From Gemmatimonadales bacterium (GTDB lineage Bacteria > Gemmatimonadota > Gemmatimonadetes > Gemmatimonadales > GWC2-71-9), in contig JBGSKF010000116.1 in the NCBI GenBank assembly GCA_041741375.1, positions 6,784-70,783 of the forward strand: 64,000 bases of DNA, written 5' to 3'. This document shows positions 46,731-56,900 of the stretch, one piece after another. Numbering within the stretch: position 1 is the first letter of the stretch; the number at the start of each line of letters is the position of its first letter. The position numbers and the translations under genes are program-made. The notes beneath the pieces were generated by a model. It saw nothing but the letters and a program-made list of their open reading frames with translations. It was not told the origin of the DNA and ran no database searches.

Positions 46731-47981
46731 ATGCCGACGATCAGAATGATTCCATGCGAGCCCGGGCCCATCCTCCCGGCCCTCGCGGTGCTGGTGGCCT
46801 CGGCGTGCGGGGCACCGGAGGGAGGAGTCGGCACGCTAACCATCCTCGACAGTGCGGGGGTCACGATCGTGGACAACCGGACGCCCGAGTGGGCAGAGGG
46901 GGGCGGGTGGATTGTCGATTCGGTTCCCGATGTCGTGATCGGGGCGGCCGGACCCAAGGGGGAGCGGGACCTCCTGTACGTGCGTGATATCGTACGGATG
47001 ACGAACGGGGACCTGGTGGTGGCCAACGCAGGTCTGTCGGGGCTCGACCTGTTCGACTCCACCGGCCGGTTCCTGCGAACGATCGGCCGGGAGGGCCGAG
47101 GTCCCGGCGAGTTCAACTGGATGCTCAGGATGGTCAGGTGTGCGGAGGACACTGTGATGATCAACCAGGGGTACTACATCAGTGTCTTCGATTCGCGGGG
47201 CGCCTTCGTCGACGATCGGCGACCGTCCACTCCACCCGGCTCGAGCGCGAATCAGGTGTTCGGAAGCACCGCGGACTGTCGCGCGGCACTCATGGTGGCG
47301 TACGTACCCCAGTCACCACACCCGCCGGGCACAACCTACCAGCCCATGGTGTTGCTCTTCTGGGCGGGACTTGGAACCGGCGTGTGGGACACCGTGGCCG
47401 TGACCCCCGGTGCCCAACTTGTCTCCCTCGCGGCGCTGGGAGCGGTGTTCGGGATCGCGGTCCCGTTCGGGAGCTTGAGCATCTGGACCACCGACGGGGA
47501 TCACGTGTTTGTGGGGGTCACCGACCGTCCCGAAATCCGGATCCACGACCGGGATCGGGTGCTCGGGAAAGTTGTCCGCTGGCGTGCCGACGCGAGGCCG
47601 CTCGGCTCCGCCGATCGACAGGCCTACGACACCTGGAGGAAGGATTTCCTGGAACGAAACCCGGAGGAGCCCCCGGATCTGATCCCCCCCAGCGCCGACC
47701 TTCCCTGGCCGGACGCAAGACCGCTCTTCGCCGAGTTGCAGGTGGATGACGACGGGAACATCTGGGTCCGGAGCTTTCCCAATGCCCCTTCGGGCCGGGC
47801 TCGCCCGCATGTTCCCGGCCCGGAGAATCCCGCCGAGTCGTGGTGGGTCATTGATACGACGGGGCGGTGGCTCGGATCGGTGACCATGCCGCGCGGGCTG
47901 CAGGTCAAAAGCATTCAGGCGAGGCGCATCCTCGGCATTGCCCGCGATGCCGACGGGGTGGAAGAGGTGAGGGTCTACTGA
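46731..47981 (+). CDS. Lipoprotein of the 6-bladed beta-propeller type (high-GC paralog of 42915-44189)
   Basis: Lipobox ALAVLVASAC. Motif GREGRGPGEFNWM. The C-terminal IQARRILGIARDADGVEEVRVY is shared with the island paralog. Confidence 0.7.
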   Translation: MPTIRMIPCEPGPILPALAVLVASACGAPEGGVGTLTILDSAGVTIVDNRTPEWAEGGGWIVDSVPDVVIGAAGPKGERDLLYVRDIVRMTNGDLVVANAGLSGLDLFDSTGRFLRTIGREGRGPGEFNWMLRMVRCAEDTVMINQGYYISVFDSRGAFVDDRRPSTPPGSSANQVFGSTADCRAALMVAYVPQSPHPPGTTYQPMVLLFWAGLGTGVWDTVAVTPGAQLVSLAALGAVFGIAVPFGSLSIWTTDGDHVFVGVTDRPEIRIHDRDRVLGKVVRWRADARPLGSADRQAYDTWRKDFLERNPEEPPDLIPPSADLPWPDARPLFAELQVDDDGNIWVRSFPNAPSGRARPHVPGPENPAESWWVIDTTGRWLGSVTMPRGLQVKSIQARRILGIARDADGVEEVRVY

Positions 47982-47985
47982 ATGC

Positions 47986-48125
47986 TAGGGAGCAGGGAAT
48001 AGGGAGTAGGCGGTAGGGAATAGGGGCGACGCACTGCGTCGCCCGAGGCCTGGATGGTGGTCGTACGGGCCGTTCGCGAACGGCCCGTACAGCTTGCCTA
48101 CCTCCAATACCAGCCGCTGTGCGGG
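47986..48125 (+). repeat. Composite intergenic element: G-heptads, hairpin GGCGACGCA-c-TGCGTCGCC, and the 28-nt perfect palindrome GTACGGGCCGTTCGCGAACGGCCCGTAC
   Basis: Heptads at 47986-48026, first hairpin at 48024-48042, second palindrome at 48063-48090, tail ...ccagccgctgtgcgg. The same part order is seen at 44182-44300 and 59289-59440. Confidence 0.85.
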
Positions 48126-48247
48126 CTTGAGGTCCTCGTTGACGCGAAACTCGGCGGCCCGTACCGGCACCGCCGAGTTCCCGTTTCCTCATCTCGGGGC
48201 CGCATTCGCGACCCCTGCTCTCTACACCCTGCTTCCTCCTACACCAT

Positions 48248-48319
48248 GGGCGAACGCCGTTCGCCCCTACTCCCTACTCCCTACTCCCTACTCCCTACTC
48301 CCTACCGCCTACCGCCTAC
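48248..48319 (-). repeat. Composite element in minus orientation: G-heptads on the minus strand plus hairpin GGGCGAACG-c-CGTTCGCCC
   Basis: Plus strand reads gggcgaacgccgttcgccc (48248-48266), then (ctactcc)5 ctaccgc ctaccgc ctac (48267-48319). The minus-strand TAG stop of 48316-48936 lies inside the array. Confidence 0.85.
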
Positions 48320-48936
48320 TGACCCTGTCCCGGTGCGCCCGGCGACGCGAAGATCACCAGCCCTTGATTCTGGCATCCCGGCCCCGGATTTCTCTTGCAC
48401 GATGCGGCGAGGGTGCTGGTCTGAGCGGCCAGGAGGATTGGATCGGTCTCCGCCGGTCCGTGGCTCCGGAAGATGAAATGGACCTCCGCCTGAAACGGAT
48501 TGTCGATCCCGGACCGACCGGCGCCGCGAAGGGTTTCGCGGGAGTCATCGTGGCGCGCCAGACGGACCTCGAACGTTCCATTGGCGTTGGCCACGAATCC
48601 ACCGAAGTTTGACTGGGCACCCTCCACCAGGGGAAGATCAAGGTCATCCGCGTTGCATCCATCCACGCAGGCTCCCGGGTTCTCGAAGATGGCTGACCAG
48701 AGCGTGTATGCGTGACCCTCCACGAAATCGTCAGACTGGCCGGAGAGCGAGAGTCCCTCGGCGTGTCGAACCAGGGTGGCGGTCCCGGAGAAGAGACCCG
48801 TGAACCCCGGAGCCAGCCCGATGTTGGCGCTTTGGGTTACCTCCGCGCCACCCGGGTCTGCGAGCGACGATCCGTCGCAGGCGGCCAGCGGCAGGCCGAG
48901 GGCGATCAGAAAGAGTGTGGACGAAGTGCGAGACAT
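48316..48936 (-). CDS. Hypothetical lipoprotein
   Basis: Start at MSRTSSTLFLIALGLPLAAC (lipobox). No recognised domain. Confidence 0.5.
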   Translation of the reverse strand: MSRTSSTLFLIALGLPLAACDGSSLADPGGAEVTQSANIGLAPGFTGLFSGTATLVRHAEGLSLSGQSDDFVEGHAYTLWSAIFENPGACVDGCNADDLDLPLVEGAQSNFGGFVANANGTFEVRLARHDDSRETLRGAGRSGIDNPFQAEVHFIFRSHGPAETDPILLAAQTSTLAASCKRNPGPGCQNQGLVIFASPGAPGQGQ

Positions 48937-49148
48937 GCGAACCTCCCCTGGGTTGGGTTTCTGAGCGCAGGTACCCTTGCCGGACCGGGGCATTCCCGGT
49001 ACGATCCCGTATTGGCGAAATCTCAGTGCCGTTTAAGCGGGCGTGGCATTTCCCCTGCGCCCGCGTGGTGGGGGGCCCGTTGCCGTCCCCCTCTCAGAGA
49101 CGCGCACCCGGGGTTGGAACAACGCCATCCCTGGTCAGAGGAGGGGAG

Positions 49149-49763
49149 ATGACCGGACAGGCACCCCGCCCAGAGGACATCACCGGCGTGCTCGGGAGGG
49201 TCCGGAAGGGCGACCCCGAGGCGATGGGAGTTCTCATGCCCCGCGTCTACGACGAGCTTCGCCAGATCGCCCATCGTCACCTGCGTTCGGAGAGAGCCGG
49301 TCACACCCTCTCCACCACTGGTCTCGTCCATGAGGCCTACCTGCGGCTGGTGGATCAGCAACGGGTCGAATGGGTGGACCGCGCCCATTTCTTCGCCGTG
49401 GCCGCACGCATGATGCGTCGGATCCTGATCGACTACGCGCGCCGCCATCGTGCCCTGCGCCGGGGCGGGCCCCACCACCAGGTGATTTCTCTCGATGCCG
49501 CTGAGGTGCAGAATTCCGCCCTAGCCGAGAACGACCCGGAGATCGTTGCACGGGCGGAGTGGCTGCTTTCGCTGGATGAGGCGCTCGACCGGCTCAAGGA
49601 CGCGAATGAGCGCCAGGCCCGGATCGTCGAGTGTCGGTTTTTCGGCGGGCTGACCGAGCACGAAACGGCCGCGGCGCTCGGGGTGTCCCAGCGCACGGTG
49701 TCGCGCGAGTGGAGCCTGGCGCGGGGATGGCTTTATCGGGAGTTGCGGCGTGACGTCGCCTGA
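49149..49763 (+). CDS. ECF-type RNA polymerase sigma factor (the subfamily usually paired with Ser/Thr kinases)
   Basis: DITGVLGRVRKGDPEAMGVLMPRVYDELRQIAHRHLRSERAGHTLSTTGLVHEAYLRLV...WVDRAHFFAVAARMMRRILIDYAR, plus a sigma-4 HTH (LTEHETAAALGVSQRTVSREW). Confidence 0.85.
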   Translation: MTGQAPRPEDITGVLGRVRKGDPEAMGVLMPRVYDELRQIAHRHLRSERAGHTLSTTGLVHEAYLRLVDQQRVEWVDRAHFFAVAARMMRRILIDYARRHRALRRGGPHHQVISLDAAEVQNSALAENDPEIVARAEWLLSLDEALDRLKDANERQARIVECRFFGGLTEHETAAALGVSQRTVSREWSLARGWLYRELRRDVA

Positions 49764-52440
49764 CCGTCCTGGCTCCGAGCAGGGAGCCCTGGTGCAACGG
49801 CTGGTCGCGCGGGCGCTCGACCTCCCGGTCGAGGAGCGCGGGGCCTACCTCGCCGAGGCCTGCGCGGGAGACAGCCCACTGCGGAACGAGGTCGACACCT
49901 GGGTGCGGGCCTGTACGGCGAGCGGGGAGGAGGGGTTTCTCGACGGATGCGCGGCGGAACACGCGGCCCCCCTGCTCGAGCAGGTGGAGCGGTGGGAGAC
50001 GGGGGACGGAGATCGGCAGATTGCCCTGGCCACCCTCACGTCCCTCCTGTCCGACCGGTATGAGATCGATCGCGAGGTGGGACGGGGAGGCTCGGCGACG
50101 GTATTCCTGGCGCACGACCGCCGGCACGATCGTGCGGTGGCGATCAAGGTTCTGGATCCCCGCCTCGCCGCATCGGCCTCGGCCAGCCGGTTTCTGCGGG
50201 AAATCAGGCTCGCGGCCCGAATGACTCACCCGAACATCCTTCCGCTCCACGATTCCGGCGATGCGGGAGGCCTCCTCTACTACGTGATGCCGTACGTCGA
50301 GGGGGAATCCCTCCGCGCACGGCTGACCCGGCAGGGTCCGTTCCCCGTGCCCGAGGCCCTGGGCCTGCTCCGGGAAGTGATCGGCGCGCTCGCCCATGCC
50401 CATCGGCAGGGGATCGTGCACCGAGACGTCAAGCCGGAGAACATCCTCCTGCTGGATGGCCATGCGGTCGTGGCCGACTTCGGGATCGCCCAGGCCCTGG
50501 ACACCGCGCTCGGGCAGGAAGGGGAGGTCGAGGGCCCGGAGTTGGGACGGGTCGCGACGGAGACCCGGGAGAGCACCGTGATCGGAACTCCCGCCTACAT
50601 GGCGCCGGAGCGGATGACACCCGGGTGGACCACGGATGTCCGTGCCGATCTCTATTCTCTCGGCGTGGTGGCCTACGAAATGCTCGGCGGAACCAACCCG
50701 TTCACGGCCGAGACGCAGGAAGCGACCGCGTCTGCCCAGCGGGAGAGGGTCCCTGCTCCCCTGCGCGCCGCTCGTCCCGATCTTCCCCCGGACATCGAGA
50801 ACCTGGTGATGGCCCTGCTCGCCAAGGATCCGGCGGACCGACCGCCGAGCGCCGAGGCGGTGCTGGAACGCCTGGAACGGGGGATGGCTCGGGCTGCTCT
50901 GTCCGGGGGGGTGGCGCGGAGCCGCCGGTGGCCGTCCCTGGTGGGCATGGGGGCATTGGCTGTGCTGGCCGGAGGCGTCCTGACCGTCGTGCTGTTCCCG
51001 CGCGCCGTGGCCCCGGTGTCGGATCGCAGGATCGCCGTCCGGGTGTGTGAGAACAGGGGGACCGGAGGAGACCTGGCCCTGGCCCAGGCGCTGACCCAGG
51101 AAATCACCGGGAAACTGCGTGGGATCGCCGGACTCAGGGTGATCGGGCAGGAGAGCATGCGGCGCTACGAGGGGAGGGCCACGCCGGCCACGACCATCGG
51201 GGGGGACCTGGGCGTCGACTATGTGCTCGGCTGCACCGTGGAGTGGACCCGGCGCGAGGACGGGGAGGCCCTGGTGCGGGTCCGGTCGGAGCTTCAGCGG
51301 GCCGGCGACAACACGGTGCTCTGGACCCTGGCGCCCGATCCCCAGCCGGTCGGGGACATCATCGCCTTGCAGGCCACCGTGGCCGACCGGGTGCTCGACG
51401 AACTTCGGATAGGGTCGACGGAGGCGCAACGTCAGGCGCGAAGGCGTTCTCCGACAGTGAGCCTGGCAGCGTATCAACACTACCTGACCGGACTCGCACG
51501 AGTGGCCCTCACCACCCAGGCGGCTCGGGAGGAGGGGCTCCGGTCGTTCGAGCGTGCGATCGCGCTGGATTCCTCCTTCGCACTCGCCTGGGCCGGTCTG
51601 GGGCTTGCCTGGCTTCACCTCCCCCCCTTCTGGGACCGTCACGACTCGACCGGGAACCTCGCGCCGAACAGCCTCGAAGCCTATCGGCGGGCGGAGGAGG
51701 CAGCAGGTCAGGCGCTGCGACTCGACCCCACGCTGGTGGAGGCCCGTGTCGTGCTGGAGTCGGCCCGATTCTATATCTCGTGGGACTACCGTGCTGCCGT
51801 CGCGTCGCTGGACAGGTTGACCCTTCAAGCCCCGGATGACCTTTACGCCCAGCAGCGTTACCGGATGGCCCTGGTCGCGGCGGGCCGGTTTCCTGAAGCC
51901 CTCGCCGTGTCGCGCCGGGCGATCGATCTCGACCCTCTGCACCCGGTCACGAATACTTTTCTGGCTGTTGACCTCGCCCGGATGGGAGAGACCGAAGAGG
52001 CGATCGCGATTCTCCGGCGGGTGGTGGGATGGAACCCCGATTTTGCCCAGGCGTTCATGGTGCTGGGAACCCTGCAACTCCAGGCCGGGGCGCGCGGCGC
52101 GGGCGCCGACACCGCCACCCGGTTCCTGACGCTGCGCGGCTACCCCGCGTCGGCCACCGACAAGGTCCGGCGCGCCCTGGCGGGTACCGGCCCGGTGTCG
52201 GAGGCCATCGAGGTGCTCGACGACCTGCAACGCGGTATCTGGGAACCCGAGGGTCGTCTTGCCGGGTATTACGCCCTGCTCGGGGAGCGGGGCCGAGCGC
52301 TGGCGCTCCTGGAGCGAGCCAAACGGCAGCACGTGGGCGAACTTCTCTTTCACCGATCGATGCCGTTCTTCGTGTCCCTGAGAGGAGATCCGCGGTTCGA
52401 GGCGACCTGGGAGGAGCCTCTGCCCGGGAGTGGGGAGTAG
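49750..52440 (+). CDS. Ser/Thr protein kinase with a TM helix and C-terminal TPR-rich extracytoplasmic region
   Basis: GTG start overlaps the sigma gene by 14 nt. Kinase motifs VAIKVL, HRDVKPENILL, DFGIA and GTPAYMAPE. TM helix WPSLVGMGALAVLAGGVLTVVLF, followed by TPR-like repeats. Confidence 0.85.
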   Translation: MTSPDRPGSEQGALVQRLVARALDLPVEERGAYLAEACAGDSPLRNEVDTWVRACTASGEEGFLDGCAAEHAAPLLEQVERWETGDGDRQIALATLTSLLSDRYEIDREVGRGGSATVFLAHDRRHDRAVAIKVLDPRLAASASASRFLREIRLAARMTHPNILPLHDSGDAGGLLYYVMPYVEGESLRARLTRQGPFPVPEALGLLREVIGALAHAHRQGIVHRDVKPENILLLDGHAVVADFGIAQALDTALGQEGEVEGPELGRVATETRESTVIGTPAYMAPERMTPGWTTDVRADLYSLGVVAYEMLGGTNPFTAETQEATASAQRERVPAPLRAARPDLPPDIENLVMALLAKDPADRPPSAEAVLERLERGMARAALSGGVARSRRWPSLVGMGALAVLAGGVLTVVLFPRAVAPVSDRRIAVRVCENRGTGGDLALAQALTQEITGKLRGIAGLRVIGQESMRRYEGRATPATTIGGDLGVDYVLGCTVEWTRREDGEALVRVRSELQRAGDNTVLWTLAPDPQPVGDIIALQATVADRVLDELRIGSTEAQRQARRRSPTVSLAAYQHYLTGLARVALTTQAAREEGLRSFERAIALDSSFALAWAGLGLAWLHLPPFWDRHDSTGNLAPNSLEAYRRAEEAAGQALRLDPTLVEARVVLESARFYISWDYRAAVASLDRLTLQAPDDLYAQQRYRMALVAAGRFPEALAVSRRAIDLDPLHPVTNTFLAVDLARMGETEEAIAILRRVVGWNPDFAQAFMVLGTLQLQAGARGAGADTATRFLTLRGYPASATDKVRRALAGTGPVSEAIEVLDDLQRGIWEPEGRLAGYYALLGERGRALALLERAKRQHVGELLFHRSMPFFVSLRGDPRFEATWEEPLPGSGE

Positions 52441-52579
52441 GAGGAGGGAGACGGCGGACCGCGTCGACCTCCGCTTGACAACCGACCCGCAGCGGTGCCC
52501 TTTACTGTTTCCGTAAGCAAGAGTCCTGTCCGGGAATCGCCCCGCGATCCCGGGTCCGCCATTCGACCCGAGCCGCTTC

Positions 52580-53962
52580 GTGACCGCTCCGCTGCCCGCA
52601 GCTGTGGGCCTCTGGGAATCCGAACTGTGGGACGAGTTGCTCGCCAACCTCGACGAGCGGCGCGTCATCCCCATTGTGGGTCCGGATCTCCTCGAGGTGG
52701 AGACGCCGACCGGTCCTGCCCGCCTGGAAACGTGGTTGGCCGCACAGTTGGCGGAGCGGGTCGGACTGCACGATCTGCCCGCCCCACGCACGCTCAATGA
52801 GGTGGTCTGCGCCCACCTGCGCCGGGGACAGCGCCGGGAGGCGCTCTACCCCCGTCTCAAGACGATCTTCCAGGAGGCGGCCATCACCCCGCCGCCGGTC
52901 CTGCGAAAGCTCGCCGAGATCGCCCATTTCGACCTGTTCGTCACCACCACGTTCGACCCCCTGCTCGAGGAGGCCCTGAATGCCGTCCGATTCAGCGGGG
53001 AACAGCGAACGGAGACCATGGCCTACTCCACACGCGAGGCGCACGACCTGGCGGTGCCGAAGCGCGACCTCCGGGCCCCGCTGGTCTACCACCTCTTCGG
53101 CCGACTCTCGGCGTCTCCCTCCTATGTCCTGTCCGAGGAGGACCTGCTCGAATTCATCTTCGCCCTGCAATCCCCGGCCCGGGCGCCGGAGCGACTGTTC
53201 GATGAACTGGAGCGCAACCACCTGCTGCTTCTCGGGGTGAATTTCGCTGACTGGTTTGCCCGGATGTTTCTCCGCACCGCGAAGGGACACCGCCTGTCGG
53301 AGGCCCGCGAGGTGCTGGAGATCCTGGCCGACTCCCGCACGCCGGGCGAGCAGGGGCTGGTCACCTTCCTGGCGCATTTCAGCAGCCGCACACGGGTGTT
53401 CCAGGGGACCGCCGTCCAGTTCGTGGACGAACTCCACCGCCGGTACCGGGAACTCCACCCCGCGGAGGAGACCGGTCCCGGGCTCGCGTACCACGACGAG
53501 ATGCGCCCGGGGTCGGTCTTCCTGAGTTATGCCAGCGAGGACCGGCGGGCGGTGGAGCGCCTCAAGGCGGGGCTCGAGGCGAGCGGGATTCCAGTCTGGT
53601 TCGACCGGGATCAGCTCAAGGCCGGTGATCACTGGCGTGATCTGCTGCGGCACAACATCGATCAGTGCAGTCTTTTCATCCCCGTGCTCTCCGCCACCAC
53701 CGAGCGCAAGATCGAGGGCGAGTTCCGTCGCGAGTGGCGCTGGGCTCTCGATCGCGAGCAGCGGATGGCCGGAGGGCGGGTGTTCATTCTCCCCGTCGTG
53801 ATCGACGAGACCGAGACCTTCACAACCGCCGAGCGACGTTTTCTCGAACTTCACATCGCCCGGGTACCCGGAGGGGAGGTCTCCCCGGATTTCGGCGACC
53901 GGGTCCGGCACATTCTGGAGCGGGTCGCACCGGCGGCGGAGGGGAGGAGGGGGGCGCCATGA
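52580..53962 (+). CDS. Fusion protein: degenerate SIR2-like (SIR2_2-type) N-terminal domain plus C-terminal TIR domain
   Basis: SIR2_2-like motif order: VIPIVGPDLL; LFVTTTFDPLLEEAL; VYHLFGR...YVLSEEDLLEF; HLLLLGVNFADW. TIR motifs: VFLSYASEDRRAVERLKAGLEASGIPVWFDRDQLKAGDHW...CSLFIPVLS...EGEFRREW. GTG start. The stop overlaps the next start (ATGA). Confidence 0.75.
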   Translation: MTAPLPAAVGLWESELWDELLANLDERRVIPIVGPDLLEVETPTGPARLETWLAAQLAERVGLHDLPAPRTLNEVVCAHLRRGQRREALYPRLKTIFQEAAITPPPVLRKLAEIAHFDLFVTTTFDPLLEEALNAVRFSGEQRTETMAYSTREAHDLAVPKRDLRAPLVYHLFGRLSASPSYVLSEEDLLEFIFALQSPARAPERLFDELERNHLLLLGVNFADWFARMFLRTAKGHRLSEAREVLEILADSRTPGEQGLVTFLAHFSSRTRVFQGTAVQFVDELHRRYRELHPAEETGPGLAYHDEMRPGSVFLSYASEDRRAVERLKAGLEASGIPVWFDRDQLKAGDHWRDLLRHNIDQCSLFIPVLSATTERKIEGEFRREWRWALDREQRMAGGRVFILPVVIDETETFTTAERRFLELHIARVPGGEVSPDFGDRVRHILERVAPAAEGRRGAP

Positions 53963-56900
53963 CCCCGCGAGCGTCCCCCGTCCCGGCGGGGCGGGAAGAT
54001 CCCGTCGACACCGCCAATCCCTGGCCGGGGCTGGCCGCATTCCGTGAGGGAGCCCACGCCTTCTTCCACGGGCGCGCGGCCGAGATCGAGGATCTCGAAC
54101 GCCGGGTGCGCCGGAAACCCCTCACCGTCCTTTATGGCCAATCGGGACTGGGCAAGACCTCCCTGCTGCAGGCGGGGCTCTTTCCCCGGCTCCGCGCCGA
54201 GGGGTTCCTTCCGGTTCCCCTGCGGCTGGATTATGCCGCGGCCGCAGAGGATCCGGCCGCCCAGATCAGGCACGCCCTGGCGGAGGCGTTTCGGTCCGCC
54301 GGCCTCGATGCGGGCAACCGGTTTGTCGAGGGCTCGGTCTGGGAATGCTTCCACCGCCTCGAGGAGGAGGGAGAGGGGGAGACGTCCGCGCGCCCGGTCC
54401 CGGTGCTGGTGTTCGACCAGTTCGAGGAACTGTTCACCGTGGGCCGGGGCCCGAGCGAGTCGCAATCCCGGGGCGATCTCGTGGTCGAGGAGCTTGCCTC
54501 TCTCATCGAGAACCGTCCTCCCCGTGCCCTCGAGGCCCGCTTCGAGAGCCACCCCGGCCTGGTGGAGCGGTTCGACTTCGAGCGACAGGACTACCGGGTT
54601 CTCCTGAGCCTGCGGGAGGATTATCTCCCCCATCTGCACGACCTCCGGGGGAAGATCCCCTCCATCACCCTGAACAGCATGCGGCTCGGCCGGATGGATG
54701 GGGAGCGGGCTCTCCAGGCCGTTCTGCGGCCCGGGGCGGACCTGGTGGCGCTGCCCGTGGCCCAGGCCCTCGTCCGGTTCGTGGCGGGGACCCCGGAAGC
54801 TCGGAGGACCGGTCATGCGGCCTCCAGCGCGGGGGCCGAATTCCGCGCCCTGGAGGTGGAGCCGGCCCTGCTCAGTCTCTTCTGCCGCGAACTCAACCAG
54901 AAGAGAATCGCCCGGGGCGACGCCGAGATCTCCCTCGACCTGGTGCGGGGTAGCCGGGAGGCGATTCTCCAGGAGTTCTACGAGGGGTGTTTTGCCGACC
55001 AGCCTCCGGCGGTCCGCGCCTTCGTGGAGGAGGAGCTCCTCACCGAGTCGGGGTTTAGGGAGAGTCTCACCCGGGAGCGGGCCGAGCAGGAACTGTCCCG
55101 CCGCGGCGCCCGGCCCGGGGCTCTCGATGTGCTCATCAACCGGCGTCTCCTGCAGGTGGAGGAACGGCTCCGGGTGCAGCGTGTGGAGCTCACCCACGAC
55201 GTCCTGGCGGAGGTGGCGCGCCAGAGCCGGGTCGGCCGCCGGCATCAGGAGGCCCTGGAGGAGGCGGAGCGTCAGGCGGGCCAGGCGCGAGAACTGAGCC
55301 GCCGGGCCCGCCGCCGCTCCCTGCTGATCGGAGCGACCGCCCTCGGCATCGGGGGACTGCTGGCCCTGGGTGGTCTGGTTGCGATCCGGCAGAGTCGACT
55401 TGCCCGGGAGGCAAGCGTGAAGGCGCAGGTGGCGGAGAGTCTGGCTGTGCAGCGGGCCGAGGATGTGACACGGTTGAACCGTGGCCTCGTGGACAGCGCA
55501 GCGATTCTGTCCAACCAGAGGGACGAACTGGGCCGTCAGGCGGCGGCCGTGGCTGCGGCGCTTCGCCAGCAGGAGATGCTTCGGCGTGATGCCGAATCGA
55601 ATGCCGCCCAGGCCCGGGATCTCGGTGCGGCTGCCGCGCGGCGGCTGGAACAGATCTGTGACTACAGCCTGGCCCTCGCCTCCGCGCTCTCGGCGGAAGT
55701 CAACTCCCAGCAGCTTCCCGATTCGCGCAGTGGCGAGGACGGCGGAGGAGGGGCGGCCGCCTCCGAGGTGTTCCAGGAGTATCTGCAAACCACGAACCGG
55801 CATTTCGACAGCCTCTATGTCCAGGACTCCTCCGCCGCCTGTGTCCGCCAGATGCGGGCCCGGATCAAGGTCATTGCGGCCGGCGCGGCCCAGGAACGGA
55901 ACCGACGGCAGGAGATCCTGCGGTGGAGCCGGGAGGGGCTCGGAGCGGTGCAGGCGCTGCGCGACCTGGATGACGCGGGGTCACGGCATCTGGCCCAGAT
56001 CCTCTACACCGACCTGGCCTACTACCTCTGGCTCGTGGACGACACGACCAATGCGCAATCCGCCGCCGTGGAGGGCATCACCGTTTCCCGGGTTCTGGAT
56101 GCCCGAGACAATCGCAACACGCTTTTCCGTCACGCACGGCTCCACCAGATGTACGGCAACGTCTGGATCGACCGGAAGGAGTATGCCCGCGCCCGTGAGG
56201 AAGTCCTGGCCGGGCTTCGAATCGCCGACAGCGGCCTCCGCCGCGCCGATCAGGATTCCCTTTCTCTCCTCCTTGCCCGGAGCCAGCTGTCCCTCCGGCT
56301 CGGAGCGTTGGATACCCTGGCCGGTGCCCATGAAACCGCCGCCCAGCATTACGCCGAGGCGGTGGCGAGTGCCGAAGCGCGTGTGTCCCACCGTCGAACG
56401 CGGGCCACGGTGGAGTGGTTGGGCCGAACCCAGGAATGGCTTGGAAACCTTTCCCGGAGCCTCGGCCGGTACGACGCGGCTCGGACGGCGTGGGCGAATG
56501 CGGCCCGCACGCTGCAGGACACGATTCTCCCGGTCGCCACAGCCCTTCCGCACCTGGAGCGCATCCAGCGATCGGCCATCCGCCTGGAACTGGCGGCGGC
56601 GGACACGGGACGGGCGCTGGAGCAACTGAGGCTCCGGCTCCGCCTGGACTCGGCTCGCGTACGCCAGACCCGCGGCCTCCCGGCGGCCCTGGATACCCTC
56701 GCCAACGCGCTCACCCTGATGGGCAGTGTGGCCCAGGCATCCCGCCGGTTCGATCTGGCCATCCGGGCCCGCGCGGAGCTGATCGGTGTTCGCCGTGATC
56801 TTCTCCGCTTCGAGGGTCGCACGGCTCGGTCCAATCTCGCCATCGCACTGGGGAACTCCGCCTGGAGCAGGCTCTTCGGCAGGGAGGGGGAAGAGGCTGT

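Noticed and set aside
52475-52506. Sigma-70-type promoter upstream of the SIR2/TIR gene (perfect TTGACA at 52475-52480 and TTTACT at 52501-52506).
   Set aside because: The spacer is 20 nt, outside the usual 16-19 nt, and the -10 candidate matches TATAAT at only 4 of 6 positions. This is too weak to call.
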